DNA of 63,910 nt, the filler included, from Octopus bimaculoides (taxonomy: Eukaryota): NCBI RefSeq assembly GCF_001194135.2. It is 6 parts of 5 records of this genome, joined end to end, with 100 filler letters (N's around TTAATTAATTAA, not from the genome) between each part and the next. Parts side by side here need not be neighbours in the genome. Positions count along the whole stretch, not along the records: positions 1 to 6,876 come from NC_068983.1; positions 6,977 to 27,149 come from NC_068984.1; 4 more parts are not named here. One strand, given 5' to 3'. Within the stretch, counting starts at the first letter, position 1, and each line of letters begins with the position of its first letter. The translations under genes were made by a program, and so were the position numbers. Shown one piece after another: positions 1 to 13,951 of the stretch. The notes beneath the pieces were generated by a model. That model had not been told where the DNA came from and made no database searches. It worked only from the letters and a program-made list of their open reading frames with translations.

Positions 1-740
1 TATATATATATACATACATGCATACATACGTACATACATAAATACATACATACATACATACATGCATACATACATACATACATACATACATACATACAAA
101 TGTATGTATGTATTCATAGAAATGAGATCCCTGCTTCGAAATATGAGATATTCCTTTTTTACGGGATACCAACATCAGTTTAGTCTTATGCTTTTAACAT
201 AATTGAAATCAGCGGTAGATTGTCTTTATCGAGTAGATCTTTCCTTAATAAAATGGCCGAATACAGAGAAGTGTTAGCAAATATGTCTAAATGCATAAGC
301 ATCAAGTATATTCTGTTTCATGCTACCGGAAACAAGGCTGCTGTTCTTTTGAATTCCAGTGTATATTACATTTTATTTATCTATTTATTTATTGATAAAT
401 TTATTTATTGATTTATTTAGTTATTCATCTGTCACGTTCATATGGCATTCTAAATAATAGATATGTATATAATAGCAATATCGAAATTCGTCTAATAACA
501 TTCTTTCATAGCTTTCACCCATAATTCAGGAATACGACCATGCGGGAATAACGGTTCCCGATACGTTTTTCTGGTATTCTATTTATTGAATGGCGTAGTC
601 CAGCTTGGGTAAGTATCATACGTCGGACTACATATACATGTATGCATGTATGTATGTATGTATGAATGTGTACATGCATGTGTGTGTATGTATGTATGTA
701 TGTATGTGTGTATATATGTATGTGTGTGTATGTGTGTATA
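1..740. repeat. (CATA)n array 1-100 and inverse (TATG)n array ~640-740 bracketing an unidentified ~500-bp segment
   Basis: Direct reading of tetranucleotide repeats. Confidence 0.9.
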
Positions 741-741
741 C

Positions 742-1010
742 TTATGTCTGAGTTTTATTTAAGTTCTTGAGAGAATTGAAGCCGGTCGCTTAAGATGCGC
801 CGAGATTTTTTGAGTGAGTTCCCGGTGTTTGCAAGTATGTGGTTGAGTCGGTGTATTGGTTGATCTGTCGATGTACACATCCAAGAGTGTGCGTCTAAAG
901 AATCTCAGATGAGGAAACATTGGAATGCCTTATAAATCTTCAGTGCGCTACTAATAGATTGGTTTTGAAGAATCTTCGCCAGTTTCTTTTGCTCTTTCTT
1001 CGAAAAACTT
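742..1010 (-). mobile_element. 3' end of R4/Dong-clade RLE LINE (CATA-associated family), decayed
   Basis: Minus frame KKLAKILQNQSISSALKIYKAFQCFLI* resembles C-terminus of the 27254 ORF; 3'UTR has GACCGGCT motif, then (CATA)n. Confidence 0.6.
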
Positions 1011-1011
1011 A

Positions 1012-1415
1012 GACTTGGCTGTGTGGTAAGAAGCTTGCTTCCCAACCACATGGTTCCAGATTCAGTCCCACTGCATGACACCTTGGGCAAGTGTCTTCTC
1101 CTATAGCCTCGAGCCGACCAAAGCCTTGTGAGTGGATTCGGTAGACGGAAACTGAGACGCCCGTCGTATATGTATATGTATATATATATATATATTTATT
1201 TATAAATGTGTGTGTCTGTGTTTGTCCATCCGCCATCGCTTGACAACCAACGATGGTGTATTTACATCCCCGTAACTTAGAGGATCGGCAAAAGTAACCG
1301 ATGGAATAAGCACTAGACTTAAAAAGAAGTCCTGGAATCGATTTCTTCGCTTAAAACCCTTTAAGAGAGTGCTCCAGCACGGCCGCAGTCAAATGACTGA
1401 AACAATTAAAAGAAT
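1012..1415 (+). mobile_element. tRNA-derived SINE family A (CORE-like; probably octopus OR-type), full length
   Basis: Box A TGGCTGTGTGG, box B GGTTCCAGATTCAGTCCC, CORE-like CACCTTGGGCAAGTGTCTT, internal (TA)n, 3' GCAGTCAAATGACTGAAACAA; many copies in window. Confidence 0.85.
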
Positions 1416-1469
1416 AATATATGTATGTATGTATGTATGTATGTATATATGTATGTCTATATGTGTGTG

Positions 1470-2030
1470 TGTCATTATTCAGCTTCATTTAAAAATTTCT
1501 TGCCAATAGAGAAAGAGCCGGTTTCTAACCTAGATCCATGGTTCTTTCATTGGAATTTCAACAACATCAACAGGATATTTTTGTATGTATGTATATGTGC
1601 AGATTTGCATGTTTTGCTTTATGTATGTCTTTTCATGCATATTCTTACATATCTAGACATGCTCATATATGCTTAAATGATAAGTTTTACAGATGTTTAA
1701 AGTTCCAGTGATGGCTTCGATCTGTAGTCTTCGAAACTGCCTTCTCCTTTCTGGCTTTGAGAAGCTTAATTTCTTAAGATTGGTATTTAGGCAGTGCCCC
1801 AATAATTACAGGTATAAACCTGAACTTGTAATCTAGATAGAGTAAGTGCACATGATAGAGTAACGTCAGCTGATTTCCACAGCGGTATACAGTTTTTCTT
1901 CTCTATCCCAAATCATTATATCAGGTCTGTTGTGTTTACATTTTATTGAGGTTTTCACTGGGATATTTCACCAGTACTTTTTATTATGAGTGGCTATGGA
2001 TTCCACCACACTGTGGGGGTCTTATTTCTT
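1470..2030 (-). mobile_element. R4/Dong-clade RLE LINE 3' fragment with internal deletion
   Basis: Minus frame KTSIKCKHNRPDIMIWDREEKLYTAVEIS (PD..E RLE motif), homologous to 27254-27679; shared 3'UTR. Confidence 0.85.
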
Positions 2031-2663
2031 TGCCCTCGGGATGCTACTGGTAACACAGTACAATTTGTCGCATGGGCGGCTGTAGGTGACTAAGCCGTCA
2101 ACTCTAACAAACGTGTTTGGTAAGGAGTATGGTTTTCAGTGGACACCCTGCAGCTGCAGGATTGAAACAAAACCTGCCCAAGGTAGGGTGGATGCAGTAG
2201 GGTAACTGGGCAGCAAACAGAGTGGTCAGAGACCACTAGTTATTGTTTAGGCATTTATCTAGAATATGGAAATTCCGATACAAAATCCGCTTCACTACGC
2301 AGCTGGAAATTTTGCTTTTACCTGTTTCTGGTCTAATTGGCTTTATAGGTAAGACTTAGCGGTGTTATGCAAGCTATCATTGACTCTGAACTTCAGTTCG
2401 AGCATTGCTAACAGCCATTGTCTTTAACAACTAGGATAAGATAATTTGTGAGCGATGGTCAGACGCCACTACGAGTTGATAGCTGCCATGTATATATATA
2501 TATGTGAGTTGTGCACAATTTCTGGGCCTTTCTGTGATTATTTAGCTCCACAGAAAATAAAGGAATACGTATACATTCATACATATGTATATATATGAAC
2601 ATATATATAAGGCTTATGGCGATCACCGTGCAATGACTAAGGCAGAAAAAAGAAGGCTTTCAG

Positions 2664-2712
<49 letters not shown>

Positions 2713-2777
2713 GTATGTGTATGTATATATATATATATATGTGTATGTGTATATAGATGTATGTATATTTATGTATG

Positions 2778-2815
<38 letters not shown>

Positions 2816-3229
2816 CATGTATAAATATATATGTATATATATATATATATGTATATGTATATATGCATTTGTATATATTTGTATATATGAATATGTGTAT
2901 ATATATATATATACATGTATTCACACACACATACATATACATATGTATGTATACACACACACATATACACACACATGCATAGATATGAGGTGCTATGCAG
3001 TGAGATCGAACCTTGAGCTAAGTGACTGGATAGTGACCTTTATTCTATTGCACGTTTCCCTCAATAATTCACCTCTTAATCACGTTGTCCTATATGCTAC
3101 TTTTAGCTATGTCACTTATTAACTACATTGCAATGTATCGTTTTTACATAAGTCACCACTTATCACAGCATAAATCAAAGAAGATTAAAGAAAGCTTTCT
3201 TAAATTAAAAATCTTACATACCTGCACGT

Positions 3230-3267
<38 letters not shown>

Positions 3268-3280
3268 CCGCATAGTTTCG

Positions 3281-3440
3281 TGTTCAGTCCCACTGCATGA
3301 CACCTTGGCAAGGTGTCTTCTACTAAATCTTCGGACCGACAAAGACTTTATGAGTGGATTTGGTAGGTGGAAACTGAAAGAAGCCCGTGTGTGTCTGTTT
3401 TAGCCACCCCCTCACAACCATTGCTTGACAACCGATGTTG
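3281..3440 (+). mobile_element. SINE family A, partial (runs into gap)
   Basis: TTCAGTCCCACTGCATGACACCTTGGCAAGG...GACAACCGATG matches 1012-1415. Confidence 0.8.
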
Positions 3441-4424
3441 NNNNNNNNNNNNNNNNNNNNNNNNNNNNNNNNNNNNNNNNNNNNNNNNNNNNNNNNNNNN
3501 NNNNNNNNNNNNNNNNNNNNNNNNNNNNNNNNNNNNNNNNNNNNNNNNNNNNNNNNNNNNNNNNNNNNNNNNNNNNNNNNNNNNNNNNNNNNNNNNNNNN
3601 NNNNNNNNNNNNNNNNNNNNNNNNNNNNNNNNNNNNNNNNNNNNNNNNNNNNNNNNNNNNNNNNNNNNNNNNNNNNNNNNNNNNNNNNNNNNNNNNNNNN
3701 NNNNNNNNNNNNNNNNNNNNNNNNNNNNNNNNNNNNNNNNNNNNNNNNNNNNNNNNNNNNNNNNNNNNNNNNNNNNNNNNNNNNNNNNNNNNNNNNNNNN
3801 NNNNNNNNNNNNNNNNNNNNNNNNNNNNNNNNNNNNNNNNNNNNNNNNNNNNNNNNNNNNNNNNNNNNNNNNNNNNNNNNNNNNNNNNNNNNNNNNNNNN
3901 NNNNNNNNNNNNNNNNNNNNNNNNNNNNNNNNNNNNNNNNNNNNNNNNNNNNNNNNNNNNNNNNNNNNNNNNNNNNNNNNNNNNNNNNNNNNNNNNNNNN
4001 NNNNNNNNNNNNNNNNNNNNNNNNNNNNNNNNNNNNNNNNNNNNNNNNNNNNNNNNNNNNNNNNNNNNNNNNNNNNNNNNNNNNNNNNNNNNNNNNNNNN
4101 NNNNNNNNNNNNNNNNNNNNNNNNNNNNNNNNNNNNNNNNNNNNNNNNNNNNNNNNNNNNNNNNNNNNNNNNNNNNNNNNNNNNNNNNNNNNNNNNNNNN
4201 NNNNNNNNNNNNNNNNNNNNNNNNNATATATATATATATATATATATATATAACACATATATATATACATACAAACACATACATACACACACACACATAT
4301 TACTTATCAAGTATATTCTATAATATAATATGGTTACTAAAAAATTTGTTTCTTGTTTATTTTTTTTCTCTGCTTAATATAGAAATGTGCACCCACGTGT
4401 TTTAACGAATAAATGAAAACAGAA

Positions 4425-4628
4425 AATAATCGTTTTGCATGCCGGACAAGATGCTTAGTGGCATTTCGTCCGTCTTTATGTTCTAAGCTCAAATTCCGTC
4501 GTGGTCCACTTTGCCGTTTATTCTTTCAGTGGTCGATAAAATAAGTACCAGTTGAACACTGGGATCGATTTAATCAACTTGTCCCCTCTCCCGAAATTAC
4601 TGGCCTTGTGCCAAAAAGTGAAATCAAT
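4425..4628 (+). mobile_element. tRNA-derived SINE family C (Meta-domain-like)
   Basis: GCTTAGTGGCATTTCGTCCGTC...TTCTTTCAGTGGTCGATAAAATAAGTACCAG; domain name recalled from memory. Confidence 0.7.
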
Positions 4629-4814
4629 ACAATGAAAGCATTGGATTACTATAAAGGATGTTTAATTGGAATTTTCCTTTCGACGCTCTAATTGAAATGT
4701 TATTTATTGTGATCATAATGCCATTTTAATATTGCATTGTTATCCAAACATCCTAGTTCAGGCCTATATATTAACTGAATCGTAAGGTCGCACTTCCGAT
4801 GAGCTATTTTTTAT

Positions 4815-5122
4815 TTATTATGCGCCCTTTTAAAGCCTAGCCAGTCTCATGGGCCCTGTTTCCCGGTTTCTATGGCGTATGTGTTCCCCCCAGCTGGACG
4901 GGACGCCAGTCCATCGCAGCGTTACTCAAGAAACAGGAAGAAAGAGTGAGAGAAAGTTGGGGCGAAAGAGTACAACAGGGGTCATCACCAGTTCCTGCCG
5001 GAGCCTCGTGGAGCTTTTAGGTGTTTTCGCTCAATAAACACACACAACACCCGGTCTGGGAATCGAAACCGCGATCCTCCGACCGCGAGTCCGTTGCCCT
5101 AACCACTGAGCTATTGCGCTTC
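4815..5122 (-). mobile_element. SINE family B, head-1 plus tail-2 variant
   Basis: tRNA head GCGCAATAGCTCAGTGGTTAGGGC...GGTTTCGATTCCC joined to tail ending GCTTTAAAAGGGCGCAT. Confidence 0.8.
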
Positions 5123-5716
5123 CTCCGATGAGCTAACAGTTCAGCAAATCATTGGAAGTATTTCTTCTGGATATTTATGTTCTGAGTTCAAATTCAACCA
5201 AGGTGCAGATGGCCGAGTCTAATCGCCCGTTCACTCCACCTTAACGGCAATTTGCCATCAAGAACCGGTGAGCACCTACAATCAGTAAAGATAAGCTAGC
5301 TAGTAATTTCAGTTTAGCCCAACTTTACCTGACCTCCANNNNNNNNNNNNNNNNNNNNNNNNNNNNNNNNNNNNNNNNNNNNNNNNNNNNNNNNNNNNNN
5401 NNNNNNNNNNNNNNNNNNNNNNNNNNNNNNNNNNNNNNNNNNNNNNNNNNNNNNNNNNNNNNNNNNNNNNNNNNNNNNNNNNNNNNNNNNNNNNNNNNNN
5501 NNNNNNNNNNNNNNNNNNNNNNNNNNNNNNNNNNNNNNNNNNNNNNNNNNNNNNNNNNNNNNNNNNNNNNNNNNNNNNNNNNNNNNNNNNNNNNNNNNNN
5601 NNNNNNNNNNNNNNNNNNNNNNNNNNNNNNNNNNNNNNNNNNNNNNNNNNNNNNNNNNNNNNNNNNNNNNNNNNNNNNNNNNNNNNNNNNNNNNNNNNNN
5701 NNNNNNNNNNNNNNNA

Positions 5717-5935
5717 ACTTTCTGTCATTCTTTCTTCCTGTTTCTGTTGTGCCTGTATTTCAAAGGGCCAGCCTTGTCACACTGTGTCACGCTGAATATC
5801 CCCTGAGAACTACGTTAAGGGTACACGTGTCTGTGGTGTGCTCAGCCACTTGCACGTTAATTTCACGAGCAGGCTGTTCCGTTGATCGGATCAACTGGAA
5901 CCCTCGACGTCGTAAGCGACGGAGTGCCAACAACT
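5717..5935 (+). mobile_element. SINE family B 3' half (tail-1)
   Basis: GAGAACTACGTTAAGGGTACACG...CGTCGTAAGCGACGGAGTGCCAACAAC. Confidence 0.85.
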
Positions 5936-6643
5936 TATAGGGTAAACAATAACGTTGAGGTTCCCTCGTCAGTTCGTGAATGGCAAAATTATTGTTACTG
6001 TTGTTGCTGTGGCTGTTGTTGCTGCTGCTGTTATAGCTGCCGTTACTGCTGTTGTTGTTACTACAATCATTGTTATCGCTGCTGCTTCTGTTGTTGCTGC
6101 TGTCGTCCTCATTGTTCTTGTTCCTATTGCTGTTTAACCCCAGGCTATCTTTGAACGCGGCAGGATATTCGTTGTTCGTTGAGTTACATTTTCGATGACG
6201 TATTATTATTACTCAAGTATGTTCTTTAACTAGAGTGTCTATATAGATGTTTGTACATTGGTTTGTATAGTTAGGTATCTGATTACACATACGGGTAGAC
6301 AAACGCTATTATAGTTTTAACTCTATGTGAATACACATCGAAACACCATTGTTATCTGTATAAATAACAATACGTCTAGGATTTCGTTTCTCAATTGAAA
6401 TAGCAACTCTTCACAGTTACGTAAACAAAATGAAACAACGCTTTCTACAACAAGCAAGCTGTTAGATAATTAAACTATAATTGCCAGGAAATGAGAAATA
6501 CAATAATTAGAGCACACTTAACTACTTACTTACGTAATAATTATTCTCGAAATTTCCCGCCAAGCAGATAACAACTGACCAGCTTACTAAATATATTCAA
6601 ACAAGTCTGTAGATAGCTATTTATGGTGCGTGCGTGCGTGTGC

Positions 6644-6679
<36 letters not shown>

Positions 6680-6749
6680 ATATATATGTATATGTATATA
6701 TGTATACATGTATATATATATATGTATATATATGTATATGTATATAATG

Positions 6750-6785
<36 letters not shown>

Positions 6786-6876
6786 TCTTCTATCTATATA
6801 TCTATCTATCTCTATCTATCTATCTACCTATATATATATCTATCTATCCATATATATATATATATATATATATATA

Positions 6877-6976
6877 NNNNNNNNNNNNNNNNNNNNNNNN
6901 NNNNNNNNNNNNNNNNNNNNTTAATTAATTAANNNNNNNNNNNNNNNNNNNNNNNNNNNNNNNNNNNNNNNNNNNN
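6877..6976. other. Artificial 100-bp assembly spacer (44N + TTAATTAATTAA + 44N); also around 27195, 42605, 51414, 62788
   Basis: Identical 12-mer with stops in all six frames, isolated between N runs five times. Confidence 0.95.
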
Positions 6977-7018
<42 letters not shown>

Positions 7019-7400
7019 TCCCAATATACACATATACATGCATACATGCACGCTTATATCTATGTGTATATGCATGCCTGCATGTATATAACTGCACATG
7101 CACATACACCTCTCACGCCACACACACACACGCATTTGATATGTACATCTGTGCGTAAACAAAGATAGTTACACACAGTTTTATGTGTATGTGTATGTAT
7201 GAACACATATCCACGCTTCACTATACACGCAAATGTACTACATATACATAGAGATGCAAGACTACATATGAATTACTATATGTATCATTGTACGTTGATA
7301 TCATTAGATAACAGAATACCCTGCAGCGCATACGTGACATACACATGCTTAGACAAACGCGCGCACATATAAAATGTACAGAGGTATACACAGTCTGATA

Positions 7401-7458
<58 letters not shown>

Positions 7459-8206
7459 NNNNNNNNNNNNNNNNNNNNNNNNNNNNNNNNNNNNNNNNNN
7501 NNNNNNNNNNNNNNNNNNNNNNNNNNNNNNNNNNNNNNNNNNNNNNNNNNNNNNNNNNNNNNNNNNNNNNNNNNNNNNNNNNNNNNNNNNNNNNNNNNNN
7601 NNNNNNNNNNNNNNNNNNNNNNNNNNNNNNNNNNNNNNNNNNNNNNNNNNNNNNNNNNNNNNNNNNNNNNNNNNNNNNNNNNNNNNNNNNNNNNNNNNNN
7701 NNNNNNNNNNNNNNNNNNNNNNNNNNNNNNNNNNNNNNNNNNNNNNNNNNNNNNNNNNNNNNNNNNNNNNNNNNNNNNNNNNNNNNNNNNNNNNNNNNNN
7801 NNNNNNNNNNNNNNNNNNNNNNNNNNNNNNNNNNNNNNNNNNNNNNNNNNNNNNNNNNNNNNNNNNNNNNNNNNNNNNNNNNNNNNNNNNNNNNNNNNNN
7901 NNNNNNNNNNNNNNNNNNNNNNNNNNNNNNNNNNNNNNNNNNNNNNNNNNNNNNNNNNNNNNNNNNNNNNNNNNNNNNNNNNNNNNNNNNNNNNNNNNNN
8001 NNNNNNNNNNNNNNNNNNNNNNNNNNNNNNNNNNNNNNNNNNNNNNNNNNNNNNNNNNNNNNNNNNNNNNNNNNNNNNNNNNNNNNNNNNNNNNNNNNNN
8101 NNNNNNNNNNNNNNNNNNNNNNNNNNNNNNNNNNNNNNNNNNNNNNNNNNNNNNNNNNNNNNNNNNNNNNNNNNNNNNNNNNNNNNNNNNNNNNNNNNNN
8201 NNNNNN

Positions 8207-8266
<60 letters not shown>

Positions 8267-8638
8267 CAGTATGACTTGGAGCGATTTATGAATAGCAGGG
8301 AGACATAATTGAAAATTAGAAAGAAGAAAGTTTTCAATCGTTCTTACACAAGTCTTTCCTCTCTCTCTGACTCTCATATTCTCACTCCTATTCTATGCTT
8401 GTTTTTTCTCCGTCGCCTTCTTCGTGCCTTCTTCTTACGCGCACGTTGTCTTCACATATACAGAGGGACACGTAACTTCATATACATCTATATTCAAACT
8501 ATACACCATGCACCATACATACATAAATACGTGCATACAAATATATTGACATGTATATGTCGTTACTTGTGCTGTTTCACATGATAATTGGTTGACTATA
8601 CATGAACATTTTCGTATACACAGTCTGAACATTACCTA

Positions 8639-8699
<61 letters not shown>

Positions 8700-10810
8700 T
8701 ACAATGTTTGGGGAACATACCCAGCGACGTCTGTTGCATGAAAACCAAATAGTAAAGTGGGCATTGTCATATTTGATGTTATGAGCCAACAAACTTAAGT
8801 AAATTTTTATTACATACATAGTATGCAAACAGAATTTATATGTATGTGTATGTATGTATGTTGTTACGTACTCCAGCATGGCCGCAGTCAAATGATTGAA
8901 ACAAGTAAAGGAATATATATATTCCTATATATATCTTTATGCATATGTATGTTCATATGTATGCATGTGTGCGTGTGTGTGTGTGTGTGCATGTGTGTGT
9001 GTGTGTGCGTGTGCGTGGTGGGTGTCTAATAACAGGCTCATAGAAAAGACTGAAATATCGATATAGAATTAGATAGGTACATTGACAGATGCATGGATCG
9101 ATTGGCAAATACATGCATGTACATATATATACACCTGTATATTTCTTGATGCATACATTCATTCATCCACACGCAAATATGCACGTTTGTGTATGTGCAT
9201 GTGTGTGCGCGCGCGCGCAAATATAAATGAAGAGATAGAGGGAAAAGTCGTTAGTCGGAGACAAAGCACCGAGAAGAAGAGGAGAGGTTAAGAATAGAGA
9301 GCAGGATATATNNNNNNNNNNNNNNNNNNNNNNNNNNNNNNNNNNNNNNNNNNNNNNNNNNNNNNNNNNNNNNNNNNNNNNNNNNNNNNNNNNNNNNNNN
9401 NNNNNNNNNNNNNNNNNNNNNNNNNNNNNNNNNNNNNNNNNNNNNNNNNNNNNNNNNNNNNNNNNNNNNNNNNNNNNNNNNNNNNNNNNNNNNNNNNNNN
9501 NNNNNNNNNNNNNNNNNNNNNNNNNNNNNNNNNNNNNNNNNNNNNNNNNNNNNNNNNNNNNNNNNNNNNNNNNNNNNNNNNNNNNNNNNNNNNNNNNNNN
9601 NNNNNNNNNNNNNNNNNNNNNNNNNNNNNNNNNNNNNNNNNNNNNNNNNNNNNNNNNNNNNNNNNNNNNNNNNNNNNTATATATATATATATGCACATAT
9701 GTTTGCATGCACGTATATACGGACATATATATATTTACATATATGTTTGTGTGTGTGCGTGTGTTTATGTGTATGTGTGGTGCGTGCATTAAAGTGTAAT
9801 GCAGGGAGTTCTGTGAGACATACATGGAATACAATAGTGCAGATATATTTACAGAGAGGATCCTGGTCGATTAACCGATTTACAGGTGCCTGATAAGTAT
9901 ATATGCATTTACGTTGTTGCTGGTCTCTATCAGTGCATCAGTATACACACACACGCACGCACACGCACGCACACGCATGCACACGCACACGCACGCACAC
10001 GCACGCACACGCACGTACATACACACATACAGTTGCATAATTGTATTTATGTATCCTTTATTTTTTACCCTCTTTTCTGTATGTTCACTAGCTTCCGCAC
10101 ACGTAGGGGCTTATGTATATATATGTATGTATGTATGTATNNNNNNNNNNNNNNNNNNNNNNNNNNNNNNNNNNNNNNNNNNNNNNNNNNNNNNNNNNNN
10201 NNNNNNNNNNNNNNNNNNNNNNNNNNNNNNNNNNNNNNNNNNNNNNNNNNNNNNNNNNNNNNNNNNNNNNNNNNNNNNNNNNNNNNNNNNNNNNNNNNNN
10301 NNNNNNNNNNNNNNNNNNNNNNNNNNNNNNNNNNNNNNNNNNNNNNNNNNNNNNNNNNNNNNNNNNNNNNNNNNNNNNNNNNNNNNNNNNNNNNNNNNNN
10401 NNNNNNNNNNNNNNNNNNNNNNNNNNNNNNNNNNNNNNNNNNNNNNNNNNNNNNNNNNNNNNNNNNNNNNNNNNNNNNNNNNNNNNNNNNNNNNNNNNNN
10501 NNNNNNNNNNNNNNNNNNNNNNNNNNNNNNNNNNNNNNNNNNNNNNNNNNNNNNNNNNNNNNNNNNNNNNNNNNNNNNNNNNNNNNNNNNNNNNNNNNNN
10601 NNNNNNNNNNNNNNNNNNNNNNNNNNNNNNNNNNNNNNNNNNNNNNNNNNNNNNNNNNNNNNNNNNNNNNNNNNNNNNNNNNNNNNNNNNNNNNNNNNNN
10701 NNNNNNNNNNNNNNNNNNNNNNNNNNNNNNNNNNNNNNNNNNNNNNNNNNNNNNNNNNNNNNNNNNNNNNNNNNNNNNNNNNNNNNNNNNNNNNNNNNNN
10801 NNNNNNNNNN

Positions 10811-10860
<50 letters not shown>

Positions 10861-11989
10861 ATATAATATATATGTATATATATGTATATATTTATAATAT
10901 ATAATGTCTATTATACATATATATGTATATGTATATAGAACAAATATATATGCAGTGAGATAGATATACATATATAATTTACACACACAAACACACACAC
11001 GCGCAAGCACGTACACGCGCAAGCACGTACACGCGCAAGCACACACACACACACACACACAAACACACGCACGCACAAACACACAGCACCACACATGTAT
11101 GCATTAGAAACAGTGATGCAACGTTATCGATCTTTTTGTCCCTCATTATCTCGCGATTCTATCCTGTATGGAAGCATGCGTGTTGTGTTTTGCAAAGACA
11201 TGTTTCTCATATAGGCTTAACGCATAGAAATATATGAAAAAAGGCTATTGTACTATGCTTAACGTGTACAATGGAGTTGTAGTTTGTCTGTAATGAAATT
11301 CGTAAAATAGCAAATAGTAACATTCTTGATTCGGACAAGGCTTTTACTTCCAGTAGGCTATTGAAACTGGGTTATTCAATAAAGAAGACAAGATAGGAAT
11401 TATTTCAGTTATTTGGAGAGGCAGACGGTGCCTGCTATGCTATTACTACGCATGTACCAACGTTACCATCTTACTTATATGCGCACGAACTTTCATGATA
11501 TATTTATTTACATATATTCATACAAACATATGTACTTACACGCGCGCATATACATATATGTGTATGTGTATGTGTCTGTGTATATATATATATATATATA
11601 TATGACTATATATACATATACCAATGTCCCAAACTCCACACCACTACACATCACCACACATCACCACACCACATCACACCACACCACTCCATACACAGTA
11701 GCACTGACCACTTCCCACCACCCACACCACATACCATTATCTGCACACCTACACACCATCATCCGCACACCAACACACCATCATCCACGCATTACAGACG
11801 CACACACTTACACATACAGACATCCACACGCCAAAGTCACTAGCCCTATTCACATACACACTCACACATACTCACACACTCTCACATACACACACGCACG
11901 CGCACCTTCGTTTTGGGATCGCCAGTACTTTATTATCTGCTCTTCTTCCTAGTTCTCCCGTCAAACTATATTTTTCCAACCAGTCGCCA

Positions 11990-12130
11990 TGATTGTTCAC
12001 TAAACCCACAAGTTTTTTAGGCTGAAAAGTAAAGACTTTCTCACTTTCCCGAGCGTCAAACTAATACATCTGCTTGTTGTTCATACACCTGGCTTCGTCT
12101 TTTGTTTTTCAGTAAATAAATTTCAACTAT
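11990..12130 (+). mobile_element. Short PLE-like repeat family H1, core-less 3' part
   Basis: AAAGACTTTCTCACTTTCCCGAGCGTCAAACTAATACATC matches 16100-16140; ends at (TA)n. Confidence 0.6.
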
Positions 12131-12169
12131 ATATATATATTATACATACACATATTTATGAACGTTGTT

Positions 12170-12560
12170 GTTGTTGTTGTTGTTAGCACTCCGTCGTTTA
12201 CGACGTCGAGGGTTCCAGTTGATCCGATCAACGGAACAGCTTGCTCGTGAAATTAACGTGCAAGTGGCTGAGCACTCCACAGACACGTGTACCCTTAACG
12301 TAGTTCTCAGGGATATTCAGCGTGACACAGTGTGACAAGGCTGACCCTTTGAATTACAGGCACAACAGAAACAGGAAGTAAGAGTGAGAGAAAGTTGTGG
12401 TGAAAGAGTGCAGCAGGGCTCGCCACCATCTCCTGCCGGAGCCTCGTAGAGCTTTAGATGTTTTCGCTCAATAAACACTCACAACGTCGGGTCTGGGAAT
12501 AGAAACCGCGATCCTATGACCGCGAGTCCGCTGCCCTAACCACTGGGCCATTGCGCCTAC
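12170..12560 (-). mobile_element. SINE family B full length (head-1 + tail-1, (CAA)n tail)
   Basis: Reverse complement of 17255-17625. Confidence 0.9.
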
Positions 12561-12624
12561 ATTTATGAACGTATGCATGTATATATAAATATGTGTGCGC
12601 ACGCGCGCGCGTGTGTACTATATT

Positions 12625-12920
12625 TACAATAAGATGTTTGCCTCCAAAAACATGGTTCCAGTTTCAGTTCCTACTGTATGGTACCTTGGGTAAGTGTCTT
12701 CCTTTGTAGCCTCGTCGGGCCGACCAAAGTCTTCTGAATGGATTTGGTAGACGGAAACTGATAAAAGTCTGTCATACTATATCTATATATCTACGTGGAT
12801 TTTTTGTATCTGTGTTGTCACCCACCAGCACTTGACAACAGGTGTCGGTGTGTTTACGTCCCTGTAACTTAGTGGTTCGGCATAAGAGAGCGACAGAATA
12901 GGTAACAGTCTTAGAAAAAA
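12625..12920 (+). mobile_element. SINE family A, diverged
   Basis: Box B, CORE-like and middle domains present. Confidence 0.75.
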
Positions 12921-13749
12921 TGTACTTTATGTATGTATATTGCATATGGACGCACTATGGTTGGTTGTTTGCGCGCGTGCGTATTAGTTTCCGGAGGAAA
13001 GCGTCATGCAGGCAAAATCGCCAGTATCGGAAGACTTGCGGTATTTCATCCAGTTCTTTACTTTTTGAGGACAAATCTTATCTAAGTCAAGTTTGCTTTT
13101 CCTTATTCCGAGTCGATAAGCAAATAAAGTACTTATTTAAGTGTAGCAAACAATACAGCAAGTGTAGCAAGCAATGCAGTTTAACGATNNNNNNNNNNNN
13201 NNNNNNNNNNNNNNNNNNNNNNNNNNNNNNNNNNNNNNNNNNNNNNNNNNNNNNNNNNNNNNNNNNNNNNNNNNNNNNNNNNNNNNNNNNNNNNNNNNNN
13301 NNNNNNNNNNNNNNNNNNNNNNNNNNNNNNNNNNNNNNNNNNNNNNNNNNNNNNNNNNNNNNNNNNNNNNNNNNNNNNNNNNNNNNNNNNNNNNNNNNNN
13401 NNNNNNNNNNNNNNNNNNNNNNNNNNNNNNNNNNNNNNNNNNNNNNNNNNNNNNNNNNNNNNNNNNNNNNNNNNNNNNNNNNNNNNNNNNNNNNNNNNNN
13501 NNNNNNNNNNNNNNNNNNNNNNNNNNNNNNNNNNNNNNNNNNNNNNNNNNNNNNNNNNNNNNNNNNNNNNNNNNNNNNNNNNNNTATTGTGTGCGTGTGT
13601 TTGTGTGTGTGTGAAAGAAAGGGAAAAATAAAGAGGTGAGCTGATATAAAGACTTGTTTGTCATGTTGATACTTATTAAACCTTAATCATGCACGTTCTA
13701 TGGTGAAAAGCATTGCAATCCTAACCAGCCTATCCAAATAGGTAGATAT

Positions 13750-13915
13750 GCTACAATCAACTTTTGACAACTTTATGAGTATTGTTCATACGTATGCTAA
13801 CAACCTTTTCTGTCATGGTCATCATATTTTTCAGGGTACAGAAGGTTATCAGGAGGAAGAGAGTAACAGGTGCGAACAAATACATGCACACACGCACGCA
13901 CACGTACACACACAC

Positions 13916-13951
<36 letters not shown>

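Noticed and set aside
6921-6932. Recurrent TTAATTAATTAA motif (5 times)
   Set aside because: Always centred in a 100-bp N block; six-frame-stop scaffolding linker, not biological.
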